Shown here piece by piece: positions 47,766 to 57,890 of a DNA stretch of 64,000 nt (within the stretch, counting starts at the first letter, position 1; each line of letters begins with the position of its first letter). The position numbers were made by a program, and so were the translations under genes. Source of the stretch: Alistipes onderdonkii (GTDB lineage: Bacteria; Bacillota; Clostridia; Oscillospirales; Oscillospiraceae); the NCBI GenBank assembly GCA_963612845.1, contig CAVDWO010000002.1, positions 15,335 to 79,334 on the forward strand. Reading direction: 5' to 3'. The notes beneath the pieces were generated by a model. It worked only from the letters and a program-made list of their open reading frames with translations, did not search any database and was not told the DNA's origin.

Positions 47766-48385
47766 GAGTGCTGTTTCTTATCGTATGGTGGATCGGGCGG
47801 CTGCTGCTGTGGGTGTTCCGCGTGGAGGTCGAAGGGCTGGACCGCCTGCCGAAAAACGGCGCGCTGCTCTGTCCCAACCACGCGAGCGACATCGACCCCG
47901 TGCTCATCGGGCTGAGCCTGCCGTCGGACTATCATCTGCATTTCATGGCGAAGGCGGAGCTTTTCAAAAATCCGCTCAAGGGCTGGTTCCTGCGCGCGCT
48001 CGGCGCGTTTCCCGTCGATCGGGACGGGCGGGATATCCAGTCCGTCAAGACCGCCATGCAGGTCCTCCGCAAGGGTGAGAACCTGCTGATCTTCCCAGAG
48101 GGGACGACGATCCACGGCGGCGTCGGCTATCATGACGGGCTGCCTGCCCACGCCCACGCGGGCATCGCCATGATCGGCGTGCGCACGGGCGCGGCGCTCG
48201 TGCCGGTGTTCTGCGGCGGCGAGAAGAAGCCCTTCCGTAAGACGCGCATCGTCTTCGGCGAGCCGTACACGCCCGAGGTCACGGGTCGGCGCGGCACGTC
48301 GGAGGAGCTGCAGACCATCGCCGACGAAACGCTGCGCCGCGCTTATGCGCTCGGCGGGCAGCAGGTAGGAGGCGCGCCGCTGTGA
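47762..48385 (+). CDS. plsC: 1-acyl-sn-glycerol-3-phosphate acyltransferase
   Basis: NHASDID (HX4D), FMAKAEL, IFPEGT. Confidence 0.92.
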   Translation: MRVLFLIVWWIGRLLLWVFRVEVEGLDRLPKNGALLCPNHASDIDPVLIGLSLPSDYHLHFMAKAELFKNPLKGWFLRALGAFPVDRDGRDIQSVKTAMQVLRKGENLLIFPEGTTIHGGVGYHDGLPAHAHAGIAMIGVRTGAALVPVFCGGEKKPFRKTRIVFGEPYTPEVTGRRGTSEELQTIADETLRRAYALGGQQVGGAPL

Positions 48386-50340
48386 AGGTCATTCTGGCAA
48401 AGACCGCGGGCTTCTGCTACGGTGTGGAGCGCGCGGTGAAGCTCGCGCAGGAAACGGCGGCGGCGCACGGCGGCGCAATGCTCGGCAGCGTGGTGCACAA
48501 CGAGGGCGTCGTGCGCGGATTGGAAGCGCGCGGTATGCGCCTGATCGACAGCCCCGCGCAGGCGCGCGCGGGGGAGACGGTGCTGCTCCGCGCCCATGGG
48601 GAGACGAGGGACGCCGTCGAAGCGCTGCGGGCGCGCGGGGCGGTGGTCGTCAGCGCCGTCTGCCCGCACGTCGAGCGGATCCGGACGCTCGCGCAGGAGG
48701 CGGAGCGGGAGGGGCGCCGCGTGATTCTGATCGGCGAGCGCGCGCACCCGGAGCTGCGCGGCATCGCCAGCTGGTGCAGCGGCGCGTTAATTTTCGAAAA
48801 TGCGCAGGAAGTTGCCGATCACCTCGAAAAACACCCGGAATTTGCCAATTTACCCAGTATCGCGCTCGCGCAAACGACCTGTATTCGTGCGCTTTGGGAA
48901 AGTTGTGTTAAAATTCTAAAAAAAGAGTGTACAAATCTGAAAATCAATGATACAATATGCTCCGCTACGCAGAGACGTCAGGCTGAGGCGGCGGAACTCT
49001 CCGCCAAGGTAGACGCGATGGTGGTCGTGGGCGACAGAAGAAGCGCCAACACAGGGCATTTGACCGAGATTTGCAGAGAGAACTGCGCGAGGGTATTTCA
49101 GATCGAATCCGCAGACGAGCTCTCACCGGAATCCTTTTCCGGTTGCCGTGCGGCGGGACTGACGGCAGGCGCGTCCACCCCTGCGAGTATCATTATGGAG
49201 GTATTAACAACAATGACGGAAGAAATCATCAACACCACCGCTCCCGAGACTGGCGAATCCTTCGAAGAAATGCTTGAAAAATCTTTCAAGACTCTAAATA
49301 CAGGCGATAAGGTGACGGGCATCGTCACTGCCATCGGCGCGACCGAGGTGCAGGTCGATGTCGGCTGCAAGCAGGCGGGCTACATTCCCGTTTCCGAGCT
49401 GAGCAGCGACCCCGACGTCAAGCCCGAGGACGTCGTCAAGGTCGGCGACGAGATCGAGGCTTACGTTGTCCGCGTCAACGACGTGGAGGGCTACGCCACC
49501 CTCTCCAAGAAGCGTCTCGACGCTGTCAAGCTGTGGGAGGACATTGAGACTGCCGTGGAGGACAAGACCGTTCTCGAAGGCACCGTGACCGAGGTGAACA
49601 AGGGCGGTATCGTCGTGTCCGTGAAGGGCGTGCGCGTGTTCGTGCCCGCCTCCCAGAGCGGTATGCCCAAGGATTCCGACCTCAGCCAGATGGTCAAGCA
49701 GAAGGTCCAGCTGCGCGTGACGGAGGTCAACCGTGCCCGCCGCCGCGTGGTCGGCTCGATCAAGTCCGTGCTCAACGAGGCGCGTCAGGCCGCTCAGGCT
49801 GCCGTCTGGGAGGGCATCGAGGTCGGCAAGCACTATGACGGTGTCGTCAAGTCCATGACCTCCTACGGCGTGTTCGTCGACATCGGCGGCGTGGACGGCA
49901 TGGTCCACATCTCCGAGCTGAGCTGGAGCCGTATCAAGAACCCCGCCGAGGTCGTCTCCATCGGCGACCATCTCGACGTGTACGTCATCTCCTTCGATCC
50001 CGAGAAGCACAAGATCTCCCTCGGCGTCAAGGACCGCACCCAGAACCCCTGGGACGTGTTCATGAACACCTACAAGGTCGGCGACGTTGCCAACGTCCGC
50101 ATCGTCAAGCTGATGACCTTCGGCGCGTTTGCCGAGGTCGTTCCCGGCGTGGACGGTCTGATCCACATCTCCCAGATCGCCGACCGCCGCATCGACAAGC
50201 CCTCCGACGTGTTGAGCGAGGGTCAGATGGTCGATGCAAAGATCACCGCCATCGACGAGGAAAAGAAGAAGATCTCCCTGAGCATCCGCGCGCTGCTCAC
50301 TCCCGCAGCCGAGGAAGCCCCCGCGCCCGTCGAGGAATAA
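48382..50340 (+). CDS. ispH: Bifunctional IspH / 30S ribosomal protein S1
   Basis: GFCYGV, HN, CPHV, DTICSAT, SAN, TAGASTP followed by four S1 repeats. Confidence 0.95.
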   Translation: MKVILAKTAGFCYGVERAVKLAQETAAAHGGAMLGSVVHNEGVVRGLEARGMRLIDSPAQARAGETVLLRAHGETRDAVEALRARGAVVVSAVCPHVERIRTLAQEAEREGRRVILIGERAHPELRGIASWCSGALIFENAQEVADHLEKHPEFANLPSIALAQTTCIRALWESCVKILKKECTNLKINDTICSATQRRQAEAAELSAKVDAMVVVGDRRSANTGHLTEICRENCARVFQIESADELSPESFSGCRAAGLTAGASTPASIIMEVLTTMTEEIINTTAPETGESFEEMLEKSFKTLNTGDKVTGIVTAIGATEVQVDVGCKQAGYIPVSELSSDPDVKPEDVVKVGDEIEAYVVRVNDVEGYATLSKKRLDAVKLWEDIETAVEDKTVLEGTVTEVNKGGIVVSVKGVRVFVPASQSGMPKDSDLSQMVKQKVQLRVTEVNRARRRVVGSIKSVLNEARQAAQAAVWEGIEVGKHYDGVVKSMTSYGVFVDIGGVDGMVHISELSWSRIKNPAEVVSIGDHLDVYVISFDPEKHKISLGVKDRTQNPWDVFMNTYKVGDVANVRIVKLMTFGAFAEVVPGVDGLIHISQIADRRIDKPSDVLSEGQMVDAKITAIDEEKKKISLSIRALLTPAAEEAPAPVEE

Positions 50341-50352
50341 TTTAAGAATAGG

Positions 50353-50385
50353 AAAGGGGACAGGCTGTGCCTGTCCTCCTTTTTT
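50353..50385 (+). terminator. Terminator after ispH-rpsA
   Basis: GGGGACAGGC/GCCTGTCCTC plus T run. Confidence 0.8.
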
Positions 50386-50408
50386 GCGCCCGCTGCGGAA
50401 ATAGCTCT

Positions 50409-50436
50409 TTGCAAGCGGGGAAAAGCGTGATATAAT
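50409..50436 (+). promoter_or_regulatory. SigA promoter of but
   Basis: TTGCAA-16-TATAAT with extended TG. Confidence 0.7.
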
Positions 50437-50487
50437 TACCAGAGTTTCGAGGAAAACCAGAACATTGACATACAGGAGGAACCTACC

Positions 50488-51828
50488 ATGGACTATGCAG
50501 CGCTCTACCGAAAGAAGCTGACCTCCGCCGCAGACGCCGTCAAGGCCGTCAAGAGCGGCGACTGGGTCGATTACGGCTGGTGCACCAACCACCCCTACAC
50601 GCTCGATAAGGCGCTTGCCGCGCGGGCGAACGAGCTCAGGGATGTCAAGGTGCGCGGAGGCGTGACGATGTGGATGCCCGAGATCTGCAAGGCGGACGAC
50701 GCGCCCGAGCACTTCGTCTGGCATTCGTGGCATTGCAGCGGCATCGACCGCAAGATCATCGCCAAGGGAATGGGCTACTTCAGCCCCATGCGCTACAGCG
50801 AGCTGCCGCGCTTCTACCGTGACGGCAACGTCAGCGTGGACGTCGCCATGATCCAGGTCACGCCGATGGACAAGCACGGGAACTTCAGCTACGCGCTGGC
50901 GTCCTCGCATCTCGCCGATATGCTTGCGCGCGCGAAGACGGTCATCGTCGAGGTCAACGAGAAGCTCCCGTGGGTCTACGGGCTGACCGGCTGCGAGATC
51001 AACGTCGAGGACGTCGACATGGTCGTGGAGGGGGAGAATCCTCCCGTGGCGCAGCTCGGCGCGGGCGGCGCGCCGACCGAGGTCGATACCGCGGTCGCCA
51101 ACCTTGTCGTGCCCGAGATCCCGAACGGCGCGTGCCTCCAGCTCGGCATCGGCGGTATGCCCAACACCATCGGCTCGATGATCGCGCAGTCCGACCTCAG
51201 GGATCTCTCCGTTCACACTGAGATGTACGTTGACGGCTTCGTGGATATGGCGCTCGCCGGCAAGATCACCGGCAGGCACAAGCAGCTCGACAAGGGACGT
51301 CAGGTCTTCGCCTTCGCCGCCGGTACGCAGAAGCTCTACGACTACATGGACCGCAACCCCGCCGTCATGGGCGCGCCGGTCGATTATACGAACGACGTAC
51401 ACGTCATCTCCCAGATCGACAATTTCATCTCCATCAACAACGCCATCGACTGCGACCTTTTCGGTCAGGTCAACGCCGAGAGCGCCGGCATCAAGCACAT
51501 CTCCGGCACGGGCGGTCAGCTCGACTTTGCGATGGGCGCATATCTCTCCAAGGGCGGCAAGAGTTTCATCTGTATGTCCTCGACCGTCACGGGCAAGGAC
51601 GGCACGGTCAAGAGCCGCATCGTCCCGACGCTGACGCCCGGCTCCATCTGCACCGACCCGCGCTCCTGCACGCACTACATCGTCACCGAGTACGGCATGG
51701 TCAACCTCAAGGGGCTTTCCACATGGGAGCGCGCCGAGGCTCTCATCGGCATCGCGCATCCGGATTTCCGCGAGCAGCTCATCGCAGACGCGGAGAAGAT
51801 GCACATCTGGCGCCGCAGCAACAAATAA
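50488..51828 (+). CDS. but: Butyryl-CoA:acetate CoA-transferase
   Basis: [44 protein letters not shown], typical of gut Clostridia But. Confidence 0.85.
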   Translation: MDYAALYRKKLTSAADAVKAVKSGDWVDYGWCTNHPYTLDKALAARANELRDVKVRGGVTMWMPEICKADDAPEHFVWHSWHCSGIDRKIIAKGMGYFSPMRYSELPRFYRDGNVSVDVAMIQVTPMDKHGNFSYALASSHLADMLARAKTVIVEVNEKLPWVYGLTGCEINVEDVDMVVEGENPPVAQLGAGGAPTEVDTAVANLVVPEIPNGACLQLGIGGMPNTIGSMIAQSDLRDLSVHTEMYVDGFVDMALAGKITGRHKQLDKGRQVFAFAAGTQKLYDYMDRNPAVMGAPVDYTNDVHVISQIDNFISINNAIDCDLFGQVNAESAGIKHISGTGGQLDFAMGAYLSKGGKSFICMSSTVTGKDGTVKSRIVPTLTPGSICTDPRSCTHYIVTEYGMVNLKGLSTWERAEALIGIAHPDFREQLIADAEKMHIWRRSNK

Positions 51829-51844
51829 TATTCTTCGGCAGACT

Positions 51845-51875
51845 AACGGCTCTCCGCAGCGCGGGGAGCCGTTTT
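51845..51875 (+). terminator. Terminator after but
   Basis: AACGGCTCTCCGC-AGC-GCGGGGAGCCGTT-TT. Confidence 0.8.
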
Positions 51876-52039
51876 GCCGTAAAAATCCCGGGAAAAAATG
51901 CCGGCGTCGGATATTTCATAAAAAAACGCTTGAAAAACGCACCGGCGCACGTTATACTATCTATGGGGGATTAGTCGCTCCCAAAACGTATTTTTGGCGA
52001 ATGGCGATCTCATTCTGCCGGAAAGGAGGTGGGCATAGA

Positions 52040-52531
52040 ATGTTTCAAATCGGGGACAAGGTCGTGCACCCGATGCACGGTGCCGGCGTGATCGAAAGCA
52101 TCACGCGGGAGAAGATCGGCGGGAAGCTGACGCAGTTTTATGTCTTCAAGATGCCCATTTCCGGTCTGACGCTCAAGATCCCGACGGAGAATACCGCGGC
52201 GATCGGCGTAAGGGCGATCAGATCGGCGGACGAGATCGAGGGCGTTATCGCGCGGATCCCGCAGCTCGGCGTCGATATGACCGCCAACTGGAATCACCGC
52301 TACCGCGAGAATATGGACCGGCTGAAAAGCGGAGATCTGAACGAGGTCAGCGCCGTGATCAAGGCGCTGATGCACCGCGACAGCGAGCGCGGGCTTTCCA
52401 ACGGGGAGCGCAAGATGCTCCACATCGCAAAGCAGATCCTCGTTTCGGAGATCGTCTTGGCGGAGGGCGTGGAATATCCCGCGGCGGAGAGCCGCGTGAA
52501 CGCCGCGATGCTCGAAAGGGAGAAGGAATAA
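52040..52531 (+). CDS. carD: CarD family transcription factor
   Basis: MFQIGDKVVHPMHGAG, NWNHRYREN, LVSEI. Confidence 0.95.
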   Translation: MFQIGDKVVHPMHGAGVIESITREKIGGKLTQFYVFKMPISGLTLKIPTENTAAIGVRAIRSADEIEGVIARIPQLGVDMTANWNHRYRENMDRLKSGDLNEVSAVIKALMHRDSERGLSNGERKMLHIAKQILVSEIVLAEGVEYPAAESRVNAAMLEREKE

Positions 52532-52532
52532 C

Positions 52533-53264
52533 ATGAAGCTGTTTGAAAAGCTGTTCCGCAGGAAGACGCGGCGGGATCACCCCTACTGCTCGGCGCTGAT
52601 CGCCGCCGCGGGCAGCTCGCAGCGCTGCGGCGGGGAAAATAAGCTGCTGTTCGAGCTGGACGGGCAGCCCGTCCTCGCGCACACGCTGCTTGCGGCGGAG
52701 CGCGCCGCGCGCGTCGACGAGATCGTCATCGCCGCGCGGGAGGACGAGCTGCTGCGCTATGCGGAGCTTTGCAAGACCTGCGGCATCACCAAGCCGGTCA
52801 AGGTCGTTGTCGGCGGGGAGACGCGCACGGAATCCGTGCTGCGCGCCGCGCTTGAAGCCTCACCCGAGGCGGAATTTCTCGCCGTGCAGGACGGCGCGCG
52901 CCCGCTCGTCACGAGCGAATTGATCGACAGCGTGATCGAAGCCGCGTATCTCAGCGGTGCCGCCGCGCCTGCGGTGGCGGTGCACGATACGATCAAGGTC
53001 GCCGTCGGCGGCGTGGTGCAGAGCACGCCCGCGCGCGACACGCTTTTCGCTGTGCAGACGCCGCAGGTGTTCGACGCGGGGCTGCTGAAGGCGGCGCTCC
53101 AGTCCGCGCTGACCGCGGGGGTGGAGCTGACGGACGATTGCTCCGCTGTGGAGCGCATTGGCAAGGAAGTTTACTTGACAGAGGGCGACCTCGAAAACAT
53201 CAAGATCACCACGCCGCTCGACCTGACCGTGGCAGAGGCGATCCTACAGCGCAGAGGGGAATAG
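52533..53264 (+). CDS. ispD: MEP cytidylyltransferase
   Basis: AAGSSQR, GGETRTESV, QDGARP, VQTPQ, TDD, NIKITTP. Confidence 0.95.
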   Translation: MKLFEKLFRRKTRRDHPYCSALIAAAGSSQRCGGENKLLFELDGQPVLAHTLLAAERAARVDEIVIAAREDELLRYAELCKTCGITKPVKVVVGGETRTESVLRAALEASPEAEFLAVQDGARPLVTSELIDSVIEAAYLSGAAAPAVAVHDTIKVAVGGVVQSTPARDTLFAVQTPQVFDAGLLKAALQSALTAGVELTDDCSAVERIGKEVYLTEGDLENIKITTPLDLTVAEAILQRRGE

Positions 53265-53305
53265 TCGCATTTCCCTCTGCCTTTTCTTGAAAAGAGGGAC
53301 GGTAA

Positions 53306-53791
53306 ATGACAGATCTGCGCATCGGGCACGGCTACGACGTGCACCGGCTGACGGCGGGGCGCGCGCTGATTCTCGGCGGCGTCGATATCCCATATGAGAA
53401 AGGGCTGCTCGGCCATTCGGACGCCGACGTGCTGACCCACGCGGTGATGGACGCGCTGCTCGGCGCGGCGGCGCTGGGCGACATCGGGGAGCTTTTCCCC
53501 GATTCCGCGGCGGAGTTTGCGGGCATCTCCAGCCTTGAGCTGCTGCGCCGCGTGAGGACGAAGCTCACGGAGCGCGGCTTTTCCGTCGTGAATATCGACG
53601 CGACCGTGCTGGCGCAGGCACCGAAGCTCGCGCCGTACCGCGCGCAGATGCGCAGCGGCATCGCGGACGCGCTGGCGCTCGATCCCGACCGTGTGAGCAT
53701 CAAGGCGACGACCGAGGAGGGGCTTGGCTTCACCGGCAGCGGCGAGGGAATCGCCGCGCACGCGGTCGCGCTGCTGGAAAAGCTGAGGTAA
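53306..53791 (+). CDS. ispF: MEcPP synthase
   Basis: [23 protein letters not shown]. Confidence 0.97.
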   Translation: MTDLRIGHGYDVHRLTAGRALILGGVDIPYEKGLLGHSDADVLTHAVMDALLGAAALGDIGELFPDSAAEFAGISSLELLRRVRTKLTERGFSVVNIDATVLAQAPKLAPYRAQMRSGIADALALDPDRVSIKATTEEGLGFTGSGEGIAAHAVALLEKLR

Positions 53792-53804
53792 GAAATACCG
53801 ATCG

Positions 53805-53844
53805 GAGAGGGAGCGTTCCTGAGGGACGCTCCCTCTTTTCTTTT
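53805..53844 (+). terminator. Terminator after ispF
   Basis: AGAGGGAGCGTTCC/GGGACGCTCCCTCT plus T run. Confidence 0.85.
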
Positions 53845-53894
53845 GCCGCACCCCTGCCGTGCCGCGGCATATCATGCGGTGAGGGGGGATCGGT

Positions 53895-54146
53895 ATGGAG
53901 CATTATCTCTTTGTCGCCCGCTCGGTCACTCATGCGCAGCACATGGCGAAAGCGCTGAGTGACGCGGGCGTTTTTTCAAAAATTCGCCGCGCCGGAGCAG
54001 AACTGACGGAGCGCGGCTGTGGTTATACGCTTGAGATCGCTCCGCGGAGCGCCGCGCGCGCCGCGGATATCTGCCGTGCGGCAGGCACAGCGCCGGTGAG
54101 GATACTGCGTGTCTCCGGCGGGGGAAGGCAGGAGGTCGCGCTATGA
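53895..54146 (+). CDS. Small DUF3343-like (putative S/Se carrier) protein
   Basis: SVTHAQ..GCGY motif; overlaps csd start (ATGA). Confidence 0.7.
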   Translation: MEHYLFVARSVTHAQHMAKALSDAGVFSKIRRAGAELTERGCGYTLEIAPRSAARAADICRAAGTAPVRILRVSGGGRQEVAL

Positions 54147-55267
54147 TCTATCTGGACAGCGCCGCCACGACCTTCCAGAAGCCCGCTGCGGTGCATCGCG
54201 CCGTGGCGCGCGCGATGCGGACGATGAGCTCCTCCGGACGGGGAAGCCACAGCGCGGCGCGCGCCGCCGAGGAGATGCTGTTTCGCTGCCGCAGCGCGGC
54301 GGCGGAGCTTTTTTCCGTCCCATCGGGCGAGCAGGTCGTCTTTACGATGAATGCCACACAGGGGCTGAACATCGCCATCAAGAGCCTTGTTCCGCGCGGC
54401 GGGCACGCGGTCGTCTCCGGCTATGAGCACAATGCGGTCACACGGCCGCTGCACGCGCTGGGAGCCGAGGTAAGCGTCGCCGCCGCGCCGCTTTTCCGTC
54501 CGCAGGAGACGCTTGCCGCCTTCGAGCGCGCACTCTCGGACGGCGCGGACGCGGTCATCTGCACACAGGTATCGAACGTGTTCGGCGATATCCTGCCGAT
54601 CGAGGGGATCGCGGCGCTCTGCACGCGCGCCGGCGTGCCGCTCATCGTGGACGCCTCACAGTCCGCAGGCTCGCTGCCGCTCGACTTCTCGGCGCTCGGC
54701 GCGGCATTTGCCGCCATGCCGGGGCATAAGGGATTGTACGGTCCGCAGGGGACGGGGCTGCTGCTCTGCAACCACGAGGCGCTGCCGCTCCTCGAGGGCG
54801 GCACGGGCAGCGATTCGCTGCGGCAGGAGATGCCGGACTTCCTGCCCGACCGTCTGGAGCCGGGCACGCACAATATCCCCGGCATCGCCGGGCTTGAGGC
54901 GGGGCTCGCGTTCGTCCGCGCGCAGCGTCCGGAGCGGATATTGCTGCACGAGCAGGAGCTGCTGTGCCGCGCCTGCGAGGGGCTGCGCTCGCTGCCGCGC
55001 GTGCGCGTTTTCTGCGCGGAGGAGCCGCGCGCACAGGCAGGCGTCCTGTCCTTCACGGTGGACGGCATGGCGCCGGAGGAAGTCTCCGAAGCGCTGGCGC
55101 TGCAAGGCGTCGCGCTGCGCGCGGGACTGCACTGCGCGCCGTATGCCCACCGCACGGCGGGCACACTGCCGGAGGGTACCGTGCGCCTGAGCTTCTCGGC
55201 GTTCAACCGCGCCTGCGAGATCGACGCGATGCTCTCGCTGCTGGAGGAGCTTTTGCAGGAGAATTAA
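54143..55267 (+). CDS. Cysteine desulfurase family PLP enzyme (class V)
   Basis: IYLDSAATT, DASQ, GHKGLYGPQG, RAGLHCAP. Confidence 0.92.
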   Translation: MIYLDSAATTFQKPAAVHRAVARAMRTMSSSGRGSHSAARAAEEMLFRCRSAAAELFSVPSGEQVVFTMNATQGLNIAIKSLVPRGGHAVVSGYEHNAVTRPLHALGAEVSVAAAPLFRPQETLAAFERALSDGADAVICTQVSNVFGDILPIEGIAALCTRAGVPLIVDASQSAGSLPLDFSALGAAFAAMPGHKGLYGPQGTGLLLCNHEALPLLEGGTGSDSLRQEMPDFLPDRLEPGTHNIPGIAGLEAGLAFVRAQRPERILLHEQELLCRACEGLRSLPRVRVFCAEEPRAQAGVLSFTVDGMAPEEVSEALALQGVALRAGLHCAPYAHRTAGTLPEGTVRLSFSAFNRACEIDAMLSLLEELLQEN

Positions 55268-55305
55268 AAAATCTTGCATTTCACAGAAAATTCATGTCTC
55301 AAGCG

Positions 55306-55334
55306 TTGCAATTCGTGAGCATTTATATTAGAAT
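55306..55334 (+). promoter_or_regulatory. SigA promoter of cdaA operon
   Basis: TTGCAA-17-TAGAAT. Confidence 0.65.
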
Positions 55335-55368
55335 AAGTGATAATTATTGCTTAGAGGGGAGTGTGTCC

Positions 55369-56259
55369 ATGGAATTTGTCATGTCCACACTGGAAGGCGC
55401 ATGGCGCTATCTGCTGACGCTCGGGATCTCGGACTATCTGGATATCGCGCTGATGGCATACGGGATCTACTGGGTGCTGAAGCTGATCGGCACCTCCAAG
55501 GTCGAGAGCTTCGGCAAGGTCGTGCTGATCTTCCTGCTGGCGCTGATGCTCTCGGACGCGCTGCAGCTCGGCGGGATCAACTTTATTCTGAGCCATGTGC
55601 TCTCGCTGGGAGCGCTCGCCCTGATCGTTCTCTATCAGCCGGAGATCCGCCGCCTGATCGACCAGCTCGGCTCGAGCAGGCTGCGCGCCTTCAACCCGTT
55701 TGCCCACACGCAGCAGGTCACCGCCATCGAAAACGCCATCTCGCAGACGGTGCTCGCCTGCACGGAAATGGCGCGCTCCCGCACGGGCGTGCTGATTGTT
55801 TTTGAGCGCGATATCCCGCTTGACGATATCGCCCGCACGGGTACGATCGTCGATGCGCGCGTGAGCAGCGAGCTGCTCAAGAACATCTTCTTCGTCAAGG
55901 CAGCCATGCACGACGGCGCGGTCATCATGCGCGATGGGCGGCTGCTGGCGGGCGGCTGTATGCTGCCGCTGTCGAAAAACGTCAACCTCAGCCGCGACCT
56001 CGGGATGCGCCACCGCGCCGGCATCGGCATGAGCGAAAATTCCGACGCGGTGGTCGTGATCGTCTCGGAGGAGACGGGAACGATCTCCGTCGCCATCGGC
56101 GGGCTTTTGAAGCGGCACCTGATGCCGGAAACGCTCGAAAAGCTGCTGATCAACGAACTGATCCCGCAGGCGCCGGAGGCGCCGCCCGAAAAGCTGTATA
56201 TGCGGCTTCTGCACGCGCTCCGGTCAGGAAAGGAGGACAAGCAGGATGAGCAAGATTAA
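55369..56259 (+). CDS. cdaA: Diadenylate cyclase CdaA
   Basis: Three N-terminal TMs, QPEIRR, HDGAV, RHRA, VSEETG. Confidence 0.95.
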   Translation: MEFVMSTLEGAWRYLLTLGISDYLDIALMAYGIYWVLKLIGTSKVESFGKVVLIFLLALMLSDALQLGGINFILSHVLSLGALALIVLYQPEIRRLIDQLGSSRLRAFNPFAHTQQVTAIENAISQTVLACTEMARSRTGVLIVFERDIPLDDIARTGTIVDARVSSELLKNIFFVKAAMHDGAVIMRDGRLLAGGCMLPLSKNVNLSRDLGMRHRAGIGMSENSDAVVVIVSEETGTISVAIGGLLKRHLMPETLEKLLINELIPQAPEAPPEKLYMRLLHALRSGKEDKQDEQD

Positions 56260-57469
56260 GCGCCGCAAGTTTTTTTATGTGCTTCTTTCCCTGATGATCG
56301 CCTCGATGGTCTGGTTTTACGTCAACAACCGGGATGATGTGACGATCTCAGTCCACGACGTTCCCGTGGAGTTCCTCAACGAGGAGAGCGCACTTGCCGA
56401 CAAGGGGCTGATGCTCGTCAACGGCGAGGAGGACATCACCGTGGATCTTGAGCTGAAGGTCCCGCGCAACCTGATGTTTGAGTTTGACCCGGAGGAGATC
56501 CATATAGTGAGCGATCTTTCCTCCGTCACCTACGCCGGAAAGCAGTCCGTCTCGTTCAATATCCGTTATCCGAGCGGCATTTCGCCGAGCAGCATCTCCG
56601 TGGAATCGCCGACGGTGCGTACCGTGCAGGTGGAGATCGGCGAGCTGAGCAAGAAGACGGTCGAGATCCGCTACAAGGTCGTCGGCAACGTGGCTGACGG
56701 CTACACCGCCGGAACGGTCCAGCTCGAGCCCTCTGAGCTCCAGCTCCGCGGTCAGCAGGAGGATATCATGCAGGTCAGCTACGCGCTGGTCACGCTGAAC
56801 ATCGAGGACGCGACCTCCACGGTCGTGGATTTGCTGGATTACGAGCTGTACGATTTCAGCGATCAGCTCGTCGAAAACCGGAATATCCACCCGACGAGCG
56901 AGAATATTCAGGTCACGATGCCCGTGCTCAAGATCAAGGACGTGCCCTTGAAGGTGGAGTTCATCGAAACGCCCGGCTCACGGGAGGAGAATTTCTCGTG
57001 GACGCTCAGCCGCGAGAGCATCACGCTCTCCGGCGACGCTTCCCAGATCTCCGCGATCGACGAGATCGTGCTCGACACGCTCGCGCTGGAGGATCTGCGC
57101 GCGGAGGAGAGCTTCACCTACGAGATCCCCATTCCCGAGGGGGTGAATAATCTCAGCGGCATTACCAGCGTGACGCTTGTGATCCGCAGCAGCAATATCG
57201 ACACGAAGGAAATGGAAGCCACCCACTTCAGCTACGAGAACTTCAGCGGCGACAAGCCGGTGAGCGTCGTGACCTCGTCGCTTGCCGTTACGCTGCGCGG
57301 GACGACGGAGGACCTTGCCGCCGTGACGGGTGAGCAGGTCAGCGTGATCGCCGACCTGTCGGACATCGCGGCGGACAGCGGGAGTTATACCGTCCCCGCG
57401 CGCATCGAGGTGGACGGCTATGATATCGGCACCGTCGGCAGCTACGAGGTCACGGTGCGGATCGGATAA
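56246..57469 (+). CDS. cdaR: CdaR/YbbR-like regulator
   Basis: N-terminal TM ending WFYV, beta-rich YbbR-type repeats, directly after cdaA. Confidence 0.85.
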   Translation: MSKIKRRKFFYVLLSLMIASMVWFYVNNRDDVTISVHDVPVEFLNEESALADKGLMLVNGEEDITVDLELKVPRNLMFEFDPEEIHIVSDLSSVTYAGKQSVSFNIRYPSGISPSSISVESPTVRTVQVEIGELSKKTVEIRYKVVGNVADGYTAGTVQLEPSELQLRGQQEDIMQVSYALVTLNIEDATSTVVDLLDYELYDFSDQLVENRNIHPTSENIQVTMPVLKIKDVPLKVEFIETPGSREENFSWTLSRESITLSGDASQISAIDEIVLDTLALEDLRAEESFTYEIPIPEGVNNLSGITSVTLVIRSSNIDTKEMEATHFSYENFSGDKPVSVVTSSLAVTLRGTTEDLAAVTGEQVSVIADLSDIAADSGSYTVPARIEVDGYDIGTVGSYEVTVRIG

Positions 57470-57478
57470 GGAGAACAA

Positions 57479-57886
57479 ATGACTCAGATCGCAACGGTTG
57501 AAAAGATCCTCGGCGGCGGTATGGCGGAGATCTCCGTCCCGCGCAAGTCCGCCTGCGGACACGACTGCGAGAGCTGCTCCGGCTGCGGCATGACCGGCTC
57601 GTCGGTTCACGCGCTCGCGCGCAACCCCATCGGCGCGGAGGCAGGGCAGCAGGTCGTGGTCGAAAGCAGCACGAAGCGGCTGCTGAGCGTGATGCTCGTG
57701 GTCTATATGATCCCGATCCTGCTGTTCTTCATCGGCTACTTTGCCTCGGCTTCGCTCGCGCGCGAAGGCGCGCGCTATGCCGTCGCCATCGCGGCATTTC
57801 TGCTCGGCATCGTCCCCGCGGTCCTGTACGACCGGCACGTTAAGCGCACGGGCGCGCTGACATTTACCATCGTCCGCCTGTTCTGA
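57479..57886 (+). CDS. RseC family membrane protein
   Basis: RKSACGHDCESCSGC, NPIGA..G..V, two TMs. Confidence 0.85.
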   Translation: MTQIATVEKILGGGMAEISVPRKSACGHDCESCSGCGMTGSSVHALARNPIGAEAGQQVVVESSTKRLLSVMLVVYMIPILLFFIGYFASASLAREGARYAVAIAAFLLGIVPAVLYDRHVKRTGALTFTIVRLF

Positions 57887-57890
57887 GGAG

